The translations under genes were made by a program, and so were the position numbers. Shown piece after piece: positions 38,082-47,080 of a stretch of DNA of 64,000 nt. The DNA is from a virus. Each line of letters starts with the position of its first letter. Within the stretch, counting starts at the first letter, position 1. The stretch covers positions 5,952 through 69,951 of the IMG/VR virus record IMGVR_UViG_3300044801_000187. One strand, 5' to 3'. The notes under the pieces were generated by a model. That model was not told the DNA's origin and searched no databases. It saw only the letters and a list, made by a program, of their open reading frames with translations.

Positions 38082-39044
38082 ATGCCGAATAACGGATACA
38101 AGTTCTCCGATGAAAGCCGCGCTAAAATGCGTGCGGCTTGGAAACGCAAAAAGGCTCGCGGATACAAGCATTTTCGGGTGCTGGGGGGCGAGGAGCAGGA
38201 AATAAGGGACGAGGCCCGCCAGCGGGGGGACAAGTACTATTTTTTCCAGCGCCCGTGCAAGTTCGGGCACAAGGCTAAGAGATTTGTTAAATCCACAGCC
38301 TGTGCAAAGTGTTCATATGACCAGCGGTATAGGCGGAGAAAAATCCGCCTCAAAAAGGAGCCTGAACTAATGCTGTACTACTCCGCCAAGCGGCGAGCGC
38401 AGGAACTAGGTGTCCCGTTCTCCCTTACGTTAGATATTATTCGATCCGTTTGGCCGAATGACGGACGCTGCCCGGTTCTCGGCCTAGCCCTAGAGCGCCA
38501 CGGCGAGGCGCGTAACAATTCCGCCTCTCTGGATAGGATTGACCCCCGCTGCGGCTATGTGCCGGGCAACGTCTCCATAATCTCGCATTTGGCCAACAGA
38601 ATAAAGTACACGGTTACAGACCCAGAATTTTTTGAGCGCCTAGCGGGCTGGATGGCCTTCCCGCGAGCCGGATTCGGTGATCCCCAGCATGCCTGTGTTC
38701 GACCGCGTAGTCGACGCTCCTGTTACCGCATGTGGGACACCGCGAGGCGCTACGCCTTGAAAAACAACGTCTCCTTCAACCTAAGCCCGGAAGACATATT
38801 GCCGGTCTGGCCGCGCGGCAATCGCTGCCCCATCCTGCTGGTTCCGTTTGAGAGGAACACTACAAGGGGGCCGTGCCCAACTTCACCGACCCTGGATAGG
38901 ATAATCCCAAAACTGGGGTACACAAAGGGAAATGTGGCGGTTATATCCTATACCGCTAACAGAGCAAAAAGCGATGAGATTGATCCAGAAACCTTCAGGA
39001 AGATCGCCGCGTGGCTGAGGAGACTGGGAGGGGAAAATGGGTAA
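38082..39044 (+). CDS. Homing endonuclease with tandemly duplicated nuclease-like domain
   Basis: Two copies of WP...CP.L...S..LDRI.P..GY..GNV..IS..AN; lower GC. Confidence 0.75.
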   Translation: MPNNGYKFSDESRAKMRAAWKRKKARGYKHFRVLGGEEQEIRDEARQRGDKYYFFQRPCKFGHKAKRFVKSTACAKCSYDQRYRRRKIRLKKEPELMLYYSAKRRAQELGVPFSLTLDIIRSVWPNDGRCPVLGLALERHGEARNNSASLDRIDPRCGYVPGNVSIISHLANRIKYTVTDPEFFERLAGWMAFPRAGFGDPQHACVRPRSRRSCYRMWDTARRYALKNNVSFNLSPEDILPVWPRGNRCPILLVPFERNTTRGPCPTSPTLDRIIPKLGYTKGNVAVISYTANRAKSDEIDPETFRKIAAWLRRLGGENG

Positions 39045-39819
39045 GTCTCCGTTGCTTAGGGCCGTGCTACATAAGGGCTTCGCAGTGACGGCGACCGAGG
39101 TCTGGGACCCTACGAAGTTCGTCAAGTACGAGGCCAAGACGGCGGCGGAGGCCAGCCCCGCGTTCTACCACCTCAGCAGGCGCACCAACCGTGGCTCCAT
39201 CAAGGCCAAGGGGCTGCTGCCGATGATCAAGGAGTACAAGGACCTCAAGCGCAGGCCGGGGGTGTTCTTCTTCAAGGCCGAGGACATGGCCAAGAACTAC
39301 GGCTTCTACTTCGCGCAGTACATCAACCAGGCCGTGGACGTATGGGAGGTCAGGTTGCCGGACGGCTACAAGATCAGCCCCGACACGCACCCCGACATGG
39401 AGGGCTTCAACGCGTGGGTCGGCTACGACTCCGTCCCGCCGGAGAACCTCAGGTTCGTCGTAGACACCGTCCTAGTGCCCACGTCAAAGAGCGAGCCGAC
39501 CCAAGTCAAGAGCGCGGCGGAGGAGCACGAGGACTCGTTCTACTGGTTCGAGCCGGGCTTCCCCGAAGACGCCAGGAAGTTCGTCATGGCGAACAAGGAC
39601 CAGGGCAGGACGGAGTTCTGCGAGAAGGAGTCCCGCGCCTGGGCCAGCAGGCTAGCGGCGGCGGGCTTCCCCGTAGAGCTCGTCAAGGGCGACTACCCCA
39701 GGCATGCCCGACGTCGCGCTGGTGGCGGAGCACTGGTGGGTGGAGGTCGGCGGCAGGATATTCGACCCGACCGCGATCCAGTTCGGCGACGCCAAGCCCG
39801 AGCGCGGCATGTACGTTGA
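39037..39819 (+). CDS. Polyvalent protein part 2a (ART-like module, start of Cys-His-Asp module); frameshift near 39697
   Basis: FYHLS...SIKAKGL...GVFFF; FCEKES whose HWW/DPT residues lie in the 39704 frame. Confidence 0.7.
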   Translation: MGKSPLLRAVLHKGFAVTATEVWDPTKFVKYEAKTAAEASPAFYHLSRRTNRGSIKAKGLLPMIKEYKDLKRRPGVFFFKAEDMAKNYGFYFAQYINQAVDVWEVRLPDGYKISPDTHPDMEGFNAWVGYDSVPPENLRFVVDTVLVPTSKSEPTQVKSAAEEHEDSFYWFEPGFPEDARKFVMANKDQGRTEFCEKESRAWASRLAAAGFPVELVKGDYPRHARRRAGGGALVGGGRRQDIRPDRDPVRRRQARARHVR

Positions 39820-42800
39820 GTGGGACAGGCACAAGCAGGACTCCGACCTGGTGAAGGACCCGGCGAAGGGCGGCTGGTGGCTGAACAGGACAAGCGCGGA
39901 CAAGGTGCTCGACGTCGGCGGCGAGGGCGAGGAGGGCGACGAGTACTGGGCGGGCGAGGGCAACGCCGCGTCCGGCGTCCTGCCCGTGTGCCCGAAGAAG
40001 GGGACGGTGTGCCTCGCGTGGCGCTCCTCCCAGGTCGTGTCCCCGAACTGCTGGGGCACGATCGGGGGCGCTGTGCAGGAGGGAATGAGCCCGCGCCAGA
40101 GCGCGAAGAGCGAGATGGCGGAGGAGACGGGCTTCGGCGGCGGCATCACGCTCATCCCGGCCTACGTCTTCACCGACCGTGGCTTCTCGTACCACAACTT
40201 CATCGGCGTCGTGGGCGCGGAGTTCTCGTTCCACCCCGGCGAGGGGCACGGCTGGGAGACGGACCACATCGCGTGGGTGCCGTACCAGGAGGTCCTGGCG
40301 GACATGAAGAAGAGCCCGGGCGACTACCACCCAGGCATGCTCAAGCTGTTCTCCGCGTCGGGGGCCAAGATCGAGCAGGCGCTAGGCATCAAGAAGCAGG
40401 CCGCCTACACGCCGCTCCCGCCCGAGCTACAGGCGCTACGCGCCAAGTACGAGGCGCGGGGCGTGGCCGTGGAGCTCGCGGCGAGCGACAGGAACGGGCC
40501 GACCCTGAGCCTGGACGCGATCGTCGTCCCCAAGGAGAGGAGGGGCGAGGGGATCGGGTCCGAGTTCATGGAGGAGCTCGTGCGCTGGGCGGACGCGAAC
40601 GGGACGACCGTGTTCCTGACGCCGTCCAGGGACTTCGGGGCGACCTCCGTGGGCAGGCTGCGCGACTTCTACGCCAGGTTCGGCTTCAAGCGCAACATGG
40701 GGCGCAACAAGGACTTCCGCTCCTGGGACGCGATGGTGCGCCAGCCGCGCAAGGCCAAGCAGGCGTGGCAGGAGATCGTCCACAGCGACCCCAAGGGCGA
40801 CACGACGGGCGGCATCCTGGAGAGCGACGAGGAGCTGGCGGAGTGGGCCAGGGACTCGGCGAGCGTCGAGGACATGGAGGGCTTCATGAAGGCCCTCGCG
40901 GGGACGAAGAAGGTCGGCGTCATAGACGCCATGAACTCCTGGTTCCCGGGCGTCGGCAACGGCACGGACATGCTCAACAAGTTCGTCGCCGAGTGCAAGG
41001 CGAAGGGCTGCGACGCGGTCGTGCTCCAGGCGGCGGTCATGAACCAGCAGCGCGAGGGGTTCAGCCTCGTGAAGTGGTACGAGCGCCACGGCTTCAGGGA
41101 GTTCGGCTACAGCAAGGGCATCGGGCCGATGATGGTCAAGTGGCTGAAGCCAAGCCTCCTCAAGAGCAAAAAGAAGAAGGGCGGCGCGGTCGAGTTCAGG
41201 GACGAGAACCGCGACTACCACAACGAGCAGAGCGACATGACGCTCCGCGCCTTCGCCGACGGCAAGGAGGTCGGCCGCGTGGAGTACGCCATCTTCCGTG
41301 GCGAGCCGTCCGTGCAGTGGATCGAGGTCAACGACAAGGGGAAGGGCTACGGCCCCGCGCTGCTCAAGGAGCTCCAGCGCATGTTCCCCGACAAGCAGAT
41401 CGACCTCGGCTACACGACGGACGAGGGCACCAAGATGGTGGACAAGCTCAAGTTCCGCGAGGAGCCGACGGAGGAGGCCCCGCTCTTCGAGGAGCTGAAG
41501 GAGCTCGTCAAGGAGAGGGACTGGCTACAGGGGATCGCGGACAGGTTCTTCACCAAGGAGACGCACACCGAGGAGGAGAAGGCCGAGTTCAGCAAGCAGA
41601 TGGAGCGCATGAACGCCGTGCACGACCGCATCTGGGAGGTGGAGCAGGCTACCTACGGCAAGTCCCCCGCGAAGCGCCTCATCGCGTCTAGGGTCAACCC
41701 CGAGATGCTCAAGCAGGTGGCCTGGGAGGTGCGGGAGAGGATGCTGCCGGACAGGGACGCCCAGGGCGGCGACTGTCAGGAGGTCTCCGACTGTCAGGAG
41801 GTCTCCGACGCGATCGTGGACGAGCTGCACAAGCGCGGCTTCGAGGACGCCTTCACCATGCACGGCCAGTGGGAGGGGCTGCCGCAGCACCCCCACGCCT
41901 GGGTGGAGGTCGCGGGCTACCAGGTAGACGCGACGCGGGACCAGTTCGCCATGTTCATGGACGACCCCGCCAAGGAAGAGGAGCTCCTCGACAACCCCGT
42001 CATGGTCAAGAAGGCGGCGCAGGGACAGCTCTTCCCCGACTCCATGGACGCGAGGTTCCGCCGCTGGTTCGACGGCTCCAAGGTCGTCGACAAGCGGGGC
42101 CAGCCCCTCTCCGTCTACCACGGCACCCGCTCGTCCGTGGACTTCCAGGAGTTCAGCGTGTCCGGCCCGCCGTACCAGGACAAGTTCTTCGAGGACCAGC
42201 CGACGTCCTCGGGCAGCGGCGCGGACCCGACGGCCGTGATGGGGGCGCACTTCGCCGAGGAGGCGAACGTGGCCAACCAGTTCGCCATGGGCGAGGGGTG
42301 GACGCGCTCGCGCTACGAGGGCGAGAACCCGATGCCCCGCGTGCTCAAGGTCTACCTGAGGATCACCAACCCCAAGGACTTCGGCAGCGAGCACAACCTG
42401 CGCGAGTTCATCAACCAGGGGAAGGTGCACGGCGACGCGACGGACCTGGCCATGCAGTACCAGCTCGGCGTGGACGCGTGGGAGGCCGAGGACAACGCGG
42501 CGGCGCAGGAGTGGTACCAGAAGTACGACAGCGACACGGCGTTCCGCGCCGAGGCTAACCGCTACCTGTTCGAGGAGCACCGCAACGTGGAGGGCGACGA
42601 CGTCCTCCTGAGCGACGCGGCGTACGACCTCGCCATGGAGGCCAGGCAAAGGCTCCAGACGGCGGGCCACGACGGCGTCCGCTACAAGAACGTGGTGGAG
42701 GGCGGCCACGCCTGGATCGCCTTCGAGCCGAACCAGATCAAGTCCGCCTGGGCGCAGCAGTACGACCCGAGCAGCCCGAGCATCACGGCGTCCAAGAGGG

Positions 42801-44743
42801 CGGACTGGACGAGGGTCGTCGGCCTGGAGGAGGCGGGGCCGGGCGAGTGGGTCAACGTGTGGGACAGGCTGCCGACGCAGGACGGCACGTACCGCGTCCG
42901 CATGTTCACGGGCATAGAGCGCGAGGCGTGGTGGAACAGCGAGCGCCGCCGCTGGCAGCAGAACGAGAAGCCAGCCAAGGGGCGCAACTTCCACCGCCAG
43001 CTCCAGAAGGCCATGAACTCCCGCAACTCCTGGTGGCTGGACCCGGCCGCCGCGCCGAAGACGGCGAGCGCCACGACCTACTACCACGGCGGGGCCAACA
43101 TCCCAGACGCGGTCCTGGACGTCAGGAAGGGCCGGAGCGGGGCGATTTTCGTCACGACGGACGTGGACTACGCCAAGCAGTACGTCAAGACCATGGGCGG
43201 CGGCCTGTACGCTGTCACGCTGGACGACCGCAAGATATTCGACCCGAGGAACCCGGAGCACCTGGAGAACCTCCAGCAGGGATACCTCAACCTCGTCCCT
43301 GAGGACTACGCCGACGAGGATGACGCATTGAGCGACTATGAACGGTTCGTCGGGCAGAGCCCCGAGATGATGATGGACTGGGGCGTCGCGCCGGACGCCT
43401 TCGACGCCATCAAGTCGCTGGGCGAGTACCAGGGTATGTTCATGCGCGAGCGCCCGGGCAAGATCACAAAAGGGGAGAAAGGCTACGAGGTCAGCGGCCA
43501 GCCGATCGAGAGCGTGGCGCTGTTCGACAGGAAGGTGCCCGCCCGCAGGATCGCGTCCAAGACCGCCGAGGTGTTCACCAGGCAGGACCCGCAGCAGGAC
43601 CCGCCCCAGCTCCGCAGCTTCGAGGAAGTCACCAAACCCCAGGAGGAGACGACCGCGCCCATCAAGCTAGCGGGCTGGGAGCCGCCGAAGGGCACATACT
43701 GGCACGGCACCACGTGGGAGGCGGCGAAGAAGATCGACAAAGAGGGACTGAAAGCCGGGCACGGCTCGAACCCGAAGTACCAGGACAAGTACATCTGGTG
43801 CACGACGTATCCCGGCAAGGCCTTCGAGCACGGGCAGTCGATCTCCTGGCACGAGCTAGACAAGCCCGACGAGGCGGCCGTGGTCGAGTTCGCGTGGGAC
43901 GGCGAAGTAGAGCAGGACCCGGAGCACCCAGGCCAGCCTGAGTACCTGCGCGTCTCCTCGGACATCCCGCGCTCCGCGATCAAGCGCATCGAATGGTACA
44001 AGGGCGGGGAGAAGGTCAAGACGGCGAACCTCCAGTGGGTCAAGAGGGCGGCGGGCTTCGCGTTCAAGTCCTTCAGGAAGCTGTGGCACGTCGGAACCCT
44101 GAACCCGAGGGACAAGCGGGACGACAGCTACGAAGGCGCGGGGCTGTCCGTCAGCGTGAACCCCGAGGAGTGGCAGCAGATCGCCGGGATCGGTGGGGAC
44201 CTGTGGGAGCTGGCGAAGAGCGGCAACAGGTTCGTGAACTTCCGCCGCATGACCAAGGCGCAGAGGAAGGCCATCCGCGAGTGGGGCGTGAAGGAGGGCT
44301 ACGCCGCCCCGGCGGAGCTGTGGCGTCACTCCTACTGGGACGACGAGGTCGGGGAGGGGGAGTGGCGCTACTCGGACTTCGACTCGAAGGCGGAGGCGGA
44401 GGCGGAGGCGGAGGCGGAGCTCGGCGGATACGGCGGCGGCGAGCAGGAGAAGGTCGAGCCAGTGGAGGGCGGCCTGAAGGCGACGCCGAAGCTGGAGCAG
44501 AAGACCCTGAGGAAGAACATCAGCCCCGTGGAAATGGACGACCTGCTGGTCACCGCCTACGCCGAGGACGTGCTGGACTGCGACGGCGTGTGGTGGGCGG
44601 ACACGCTGGACCCGGAGAACCTCTCCGCACCGAGGGGCGTGATCTTCCCGTCGAAGCTCCCCGAGTGGGCGAAGAAGAGGGTCAGCGGGCGGAGAAGAAA
44701 AAGCTCCGCGACGCGAGGAAGAAGGGGCGGTCTACCAGGCTAG
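39704..44743 (+). CDS. Polyvalent protein part 2b: Nudix, three GNAT-like, Cys-His-Asp and several ART-like modules
   Basis: GGAVQEGMSPRQSAKSEMAEETG; RRGEGIG..FY.RFGF; GVGNG..WYERHGF; KGKGYG; DCQEVS..HAW..DAT; VYHGT, YYHGG, YWHGT and LWHVG. Confidence 0.85.
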   Translation: MPDVALVAEHWWVEVGGRIFDPTAIQFGDAKPERGMYVEWDRHKQDSDLVKDPAKGGWWLNRTSADKVLDVGGEGEEGDEYWAGEGNAASGVLPVCPKKGTVCLAWRSSQVVSPNCWGTIGGAVQEGMSPRQSAKSEMAEETGFGGGITLIPAYVFTDRGFSYHNFIGVVGAEFSFHPGEGHGWETDHIAWVPYQEVLADMKKSPGDYHPGMLKLFSASGAKIEQALGIKKQAAYTPLPPELQALRAKYEARGVAVELAASDRNGPTLSLDAIVVPKERRGEGIGSEFMEELVRWADANGTTVFLTPSRDFGATSVGRLRDFYARFGFKRNMGRNKDFRSWDAMVRQPRKAKQAWQEIVHSDPKGDTTGGILESDEELAEWARDSASVEDMEGFMKALAGTKKVGVIDAMNSWFPGVGNGTDMLNKFVAECKAKGCDAVVLQAAVMNQQREGFSLVKWYERHGFREFGYSKGIGPMMVKWLKPSLLKSKKKKGGAVEFRDENRDYHNEQSDMTLRAFADGKEVGRVEYAIFRGEPSVQWIEVNDKGKGYGPALLKELQRMFPDKQIDLGYTTDEGTKMVDKLKFREEPTEEAPLFEELKELVKERDWLQGIADRFFTKETHTEEEKAEFSKQMERMNAVHDRIWEVEQATYGKSPAKRLIASRVNPEMLKQVAWEVRERMLPDRDAQGGDCQEVSDCQEVSDAIVDELHKRGFEDAFTMHGQWEGLPQHPHAWVEVAGYQVDATRDQFAMFMDDPAKEEELLDNPVMVKKAAQGQLFPDSMDARFRRWFDGSKVVDKRGQPLSVYHGTRSSVDFQEFSVSGPPYQDKFFEDQPTSSGSGADPTAVMGAHFAEEANVANQFAMGEGWTRSRYEGENPMPRVLKVYLRITNPKDFGSEHNLREFINQGKVHGDATDLAMQYQLGVDAWEAEDNAAAQEWYQKYDSDTAFRAEANRYLFEEHRNVEGDDVLLSDAAYDLAMEARQRLQTAGHDGVRYKNVVEGGHAWIAFEPNQIKSAWAQQYDPSSPSITASKRADWTRVVGLEEAGPGEWVNVWDRLPTQDGTYRVRMFTGIEREAWWNSERRRWQQNEKPAKGRNFHRQLQKAMNSRNSWWLDPAAAPKTASATTYYHGGANIPDAVLDVRKGRSGAIFVTTDVDYAKQYVKTMGGGLYAVTLDDRKIFDPRNPEHLENLQQGYLNLVPEDYADEDDALSDYERFVGQSPEMMMDWGVAPDAFDAIKSLGEYQGMFMRERPGKITKGEKGYEVSGQPIESVALFDRKVPARRIASKTAEVFTRQDPQQDPPQLRSFEEVTKPQEETTAPIKLAGWEPPKGTYWHGTTWEAAKKIDKEGLKAGHGSNPKYQDKYIWCTTYPGKAFEHGQSISWHELDKPDEAAVVEFAWDGEVEQDPEHPGQPEYLRVSSDIPRSAIKRIEWYKGGEKVKTANLQWVKRAAGFAFKSFRKLWHVGTLNPRDKRDDSYEGAGLSVSVNPEEWQQIAGIGGDLWELAKSGNRFVNFRRMTKAQRKAIREWGVKEGYAAPAELWRHSYWDDEVGEGEWRYSDFDSKAEAEAEAEAELGGYGGGEQEKVEPVEGGLKATPKLEQKTLRKNISPVEMDDLLVTAYAEDVLDCDGVWWADTLDPENLSAPRGVIFPSKLPEWAKKRVSGRRRKSSATRGRRGGLPG
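41771..41806 (+). repeat. Perfect 18-bp tandem duplication (DCQEVS x2)
   Basis: gactgtcaggaggtctcc gactgtcaggaggtctcc. Confidence 0.9.
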
Positions 44744-44875
44744 CCAGGTGACGCGGTGCTTAGGAGGCGCGGGCGGCTCAAAGATGGCCCGCACCAGCAC
44801 GGCGACGAGCCAGAGCACGCACCAAACAATCGCTGCGGACAAGACCAGCCCGGCGGTCGCTGCGGAGCGTCTCAT
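44732..44875 (-). CDS. Small single-TM protein (47 aa)
   Basis: MRRSAATAGLVLSAAIVWCVLWLVAVLVRAIF...; below the ORF-track cutoff. Confidence 0.4.
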   Translation of the reverse strand: MRRSAATAGLVLSAAIVWCVLWLVAVLVRAIFEPPAPPKHRVTWLAW

Positions 44876-44946
44876 TGCCCTATTCTACCCTATCCCGCAA
44901 GCCCCGAGTCGGATGACTTTCGGCCTCCAAGTAGGAGGCCGAAGCC

Positions 44947-45675
44947 ATGCCCAACCGCTCTCAGTACCTTCTAGGAAAGAAGGCGTTCAAGTTCGACTCC
45001 CGCACGCTGAAGCTGCGGGACTACCTCGCCAAGTCCCTCCCCGCCGCACCCGCCGGGATCAACTGGATGCCGGGCGTCACGTCCTGGCCGATGTTGATGA
45101 ACGACACGCTCGGGGACTGCACGATCGCCTCCGCGCTCCACGCCGTCATGGTGTGGATGGCCAACCAGGGCAAGACTTACGTCCCCACGGACGCCACGGC
45201 GCTGAAGTACTACGAGCGTTTCGACGGCTACGTCAACGGCGACCCGAACACGGACCAGGGCGGCGACGAGAACAACGTCCTGACGCAGTGGAGGAAGTAC
45301 AGCCTCGACACGCACGTCCTGAAGGGCTGGGTCGACCCGCAGCCCGGCAACGCCACGCACATCCAGCAGTCGATCGCCTTCTTCGGCGGGGTCTACATCG
45401 GGCTCCAGCTGCCGGTCTCGGCGCAGACGCAGACGGAGTGGGCGGTCGTGCCGAACGACGGAGGGGTGTGGGGAGGCCACGCGGTCTACTGCCACGCCTA
45501 CAACTCCACGGGGCCGATCTGCTCCACCTGGAACGAGACGATGCAGATGACCTGGGGGTTCTGGGACAAGTACTGCGACGAGGCTCACACCCTGCTCGGC
45601 GCGGCCTGGTACCCGAAGAAGGACGCCATCAACTTCAAGGACTTCGAGGCGGACCTGCAACTGCTGGCGGGCTAG
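44947..45675 (+). CDS. Papain-like (C1-type) cysteine peptidase
   Basis: NDTLGDCTIA, GGHAV and STW; RBS GGAGG. Confidence 0.7.
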   Translation: MPNRSQYLLGKKAFKFDSRTLKLRDYLAKSLPAAPAGINWMPGVTSWPMLMNDTLGDCTIASALHAVMVWMANQGKTYVPTDATALKYYERFDGYVNGDPNTDQGGDENNVLTQWRKYSLDTHVLKGWVDPQPGNATHIQQSIAFFGGVYIGLQLPVSAQTQTEWAVVPNDGGVWGGHAVYCHAYNSTGPICSTWNETMQMTWGFWDKYCDEAHTLLGAAWYPKKDAINFKDFEADLQLLAG

Positions 45676-45916
45676 CAACAGCCCAGTTCGTAGATAATCT
45701 CGGGCGCTGTGTCGCCTATGTAGCCGGATGCGGGGTTATTTCTCCGGCTTATTGGCGTCCCGCCGAACCTTCACGTCTCGCAGGTCTGCGTCTTCTCGCA
45801 GGCGTTGCGTTCCGATCTTGCGACAAGGTAGAGGGGGGACCCACCAGAAGCAGACCATCAGGAGTGCGAAGGCGACCACCAGCAAGCTCACGTTGGGCGG
45901 TTTTTCGTCCATGCGC

Positions 45917-46507
45917 CTATTCTACCAGCAGTTTCGGCTCCCCGCCATTCTTCGGCTCCAGCCCCATCTCGCGCATGTGCCTGCGGGACTCGCGGCAGTC
46001 GGCGCACGGGGAGACCTCGCCGCACTCCGCCTTGCGCCTGGTCTTCCAGTCAGCCTCGAAGTCGTAGTCCCCGTAGTGCTCCAGGACAAGCCCGGCGAGC
46101 TCAACCAGGGCGGCGTCGAACGTCGGCCCGCCGCAGTCCAGGTCCGGGTCGTGGAACTCCATCCTGTCCGTCTCCTGGTACCAGTCGCACGGGTAGTCGT
46201 ACTCCTCCGGGCCGAACTCCAGCCAGACCTCCGTCGCCGTGTTCCTGCTGCGGTCGTCCTTGTTGACGCGCCCCGTCTCGTCGACCTTGGCGTAGAACAT
46301 GCTGAGGTTCATCTCGATGGCGTGGCGGTGCAGGTGCCTCATCTCGCGCCAGCACTTGCCGCCCCTGTCCTTGGTGACCAGGTAGCCGTCGGCCGAGCCT
46401 TTGGCGTACTCCTCCGGCGTGATCTCGTGCCGCTCGCGCAGCATGAAGCTCGGGTGGTCGTGGATGAACCAAAAAGCTGCATGGGCATCGGTAATTTTCT
46501 TCTTCAC
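45917..46507 (-). CDS. Hypothetical protein
   Basis: High-GC3 ORF with a lower-GC first segment. Confidence 0.65.
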   Translation of the reverse strand: MKKKITDAHAAFWFIHDHPSFMLRERHEITPEEYAKGSADGYLVTKDRGGKCWREMRHLHRHAIEMNLSMFYAKVDETGRVNKDDRSRNTATEVWLEFGPEEYDYPCDWYQETDRMEFHDPDLDCGGPTFDAALVELAGLVLEHYGDYDFEADWKTRRKAECGEVSPCADCRESRRHMREMGLEPKNGGEPKLLVE

Positions 46508-46872
46508 TGTTTTCTCCTACAATTATTCCCGTGCCACTTGCTGCAAAACCGTTCCGGTACTGTCTTTCCGCAGTGTGGACAGGTTGTGCGGGCTGCTGTC
46601 TGCCAGTACAAACTGATCGCCTCCCGGAACTCCTCCAGCGTCTTGTCCAGCACACTGGGGTGCTCGCCCCACGGGTCCGCCACGGAGAGCAGAAGCGCAG
46701 CCCCCATGACGTACACCTCGGCGTGCCAGTCCTGGCACACGTTGTCGTACTCCGCCCCGAGGTGGACGAAGTAGAACTCCGCCCAGCCGTACTCCTTGCG
46801 GTGCGTGACCTCGCGCCACTGGCAGGCCGAGAAGCCCGCCGTCCACCAGTTCCCGTATCCGAGCATGGTCAT
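46504..46872 (-). CDS. Hypothetical protein fused to an endonuclease tail (TCPHCGK...KWHGNNC)
   Basis: Paralog of 47081-47338; GC drops after EFREAI. Confidence 0.55.
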   Translation of the reverse strand: MTMLGYGNWWTAGFSACQWREVTHRKEYGWAEFYFVHLGAEYDNVCQDWHAEVYVMGAALLLSVADPWGEHPSVLDKTLEEFREAISLYWQTAARTTCPHCGKTVPERFCSKWHGNNCRRKQ

Positions 46873-47080
46873 TTCCTCTCGTTCGTCTTTTTCTTGATGC
46901 CGCTGTTCTTCCCCTTCTTGCTGCGGGAGCCGTGGCATGAGTTGCGGTAGGCCCTGGTGCGGCGGGCCTCCTTGGGGCGCATCCTGCAATAGGTGCAGTC
47001 GCTTATGTGCCCGTGGCGGTTTGTGCGTTTCCACCCATAGGTCAGTCCCAGAGGCTCCAGTAGCAAAGTGCTGAACGAGA

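Noticed and set aside
38049-39090. Group I intron explanation for the endonuclease insertion
   Set aside because: There is almost no non-coding space for a ribozyme core, and the flanking coding segment is duplicated rather than simply interrupted.
44388-44419. (GGCGGA)n run encoding AEAEAE
   Set aside because: An in-frame 6-nt microsatellite in a low-complexity helix, with no sign of a switching role.
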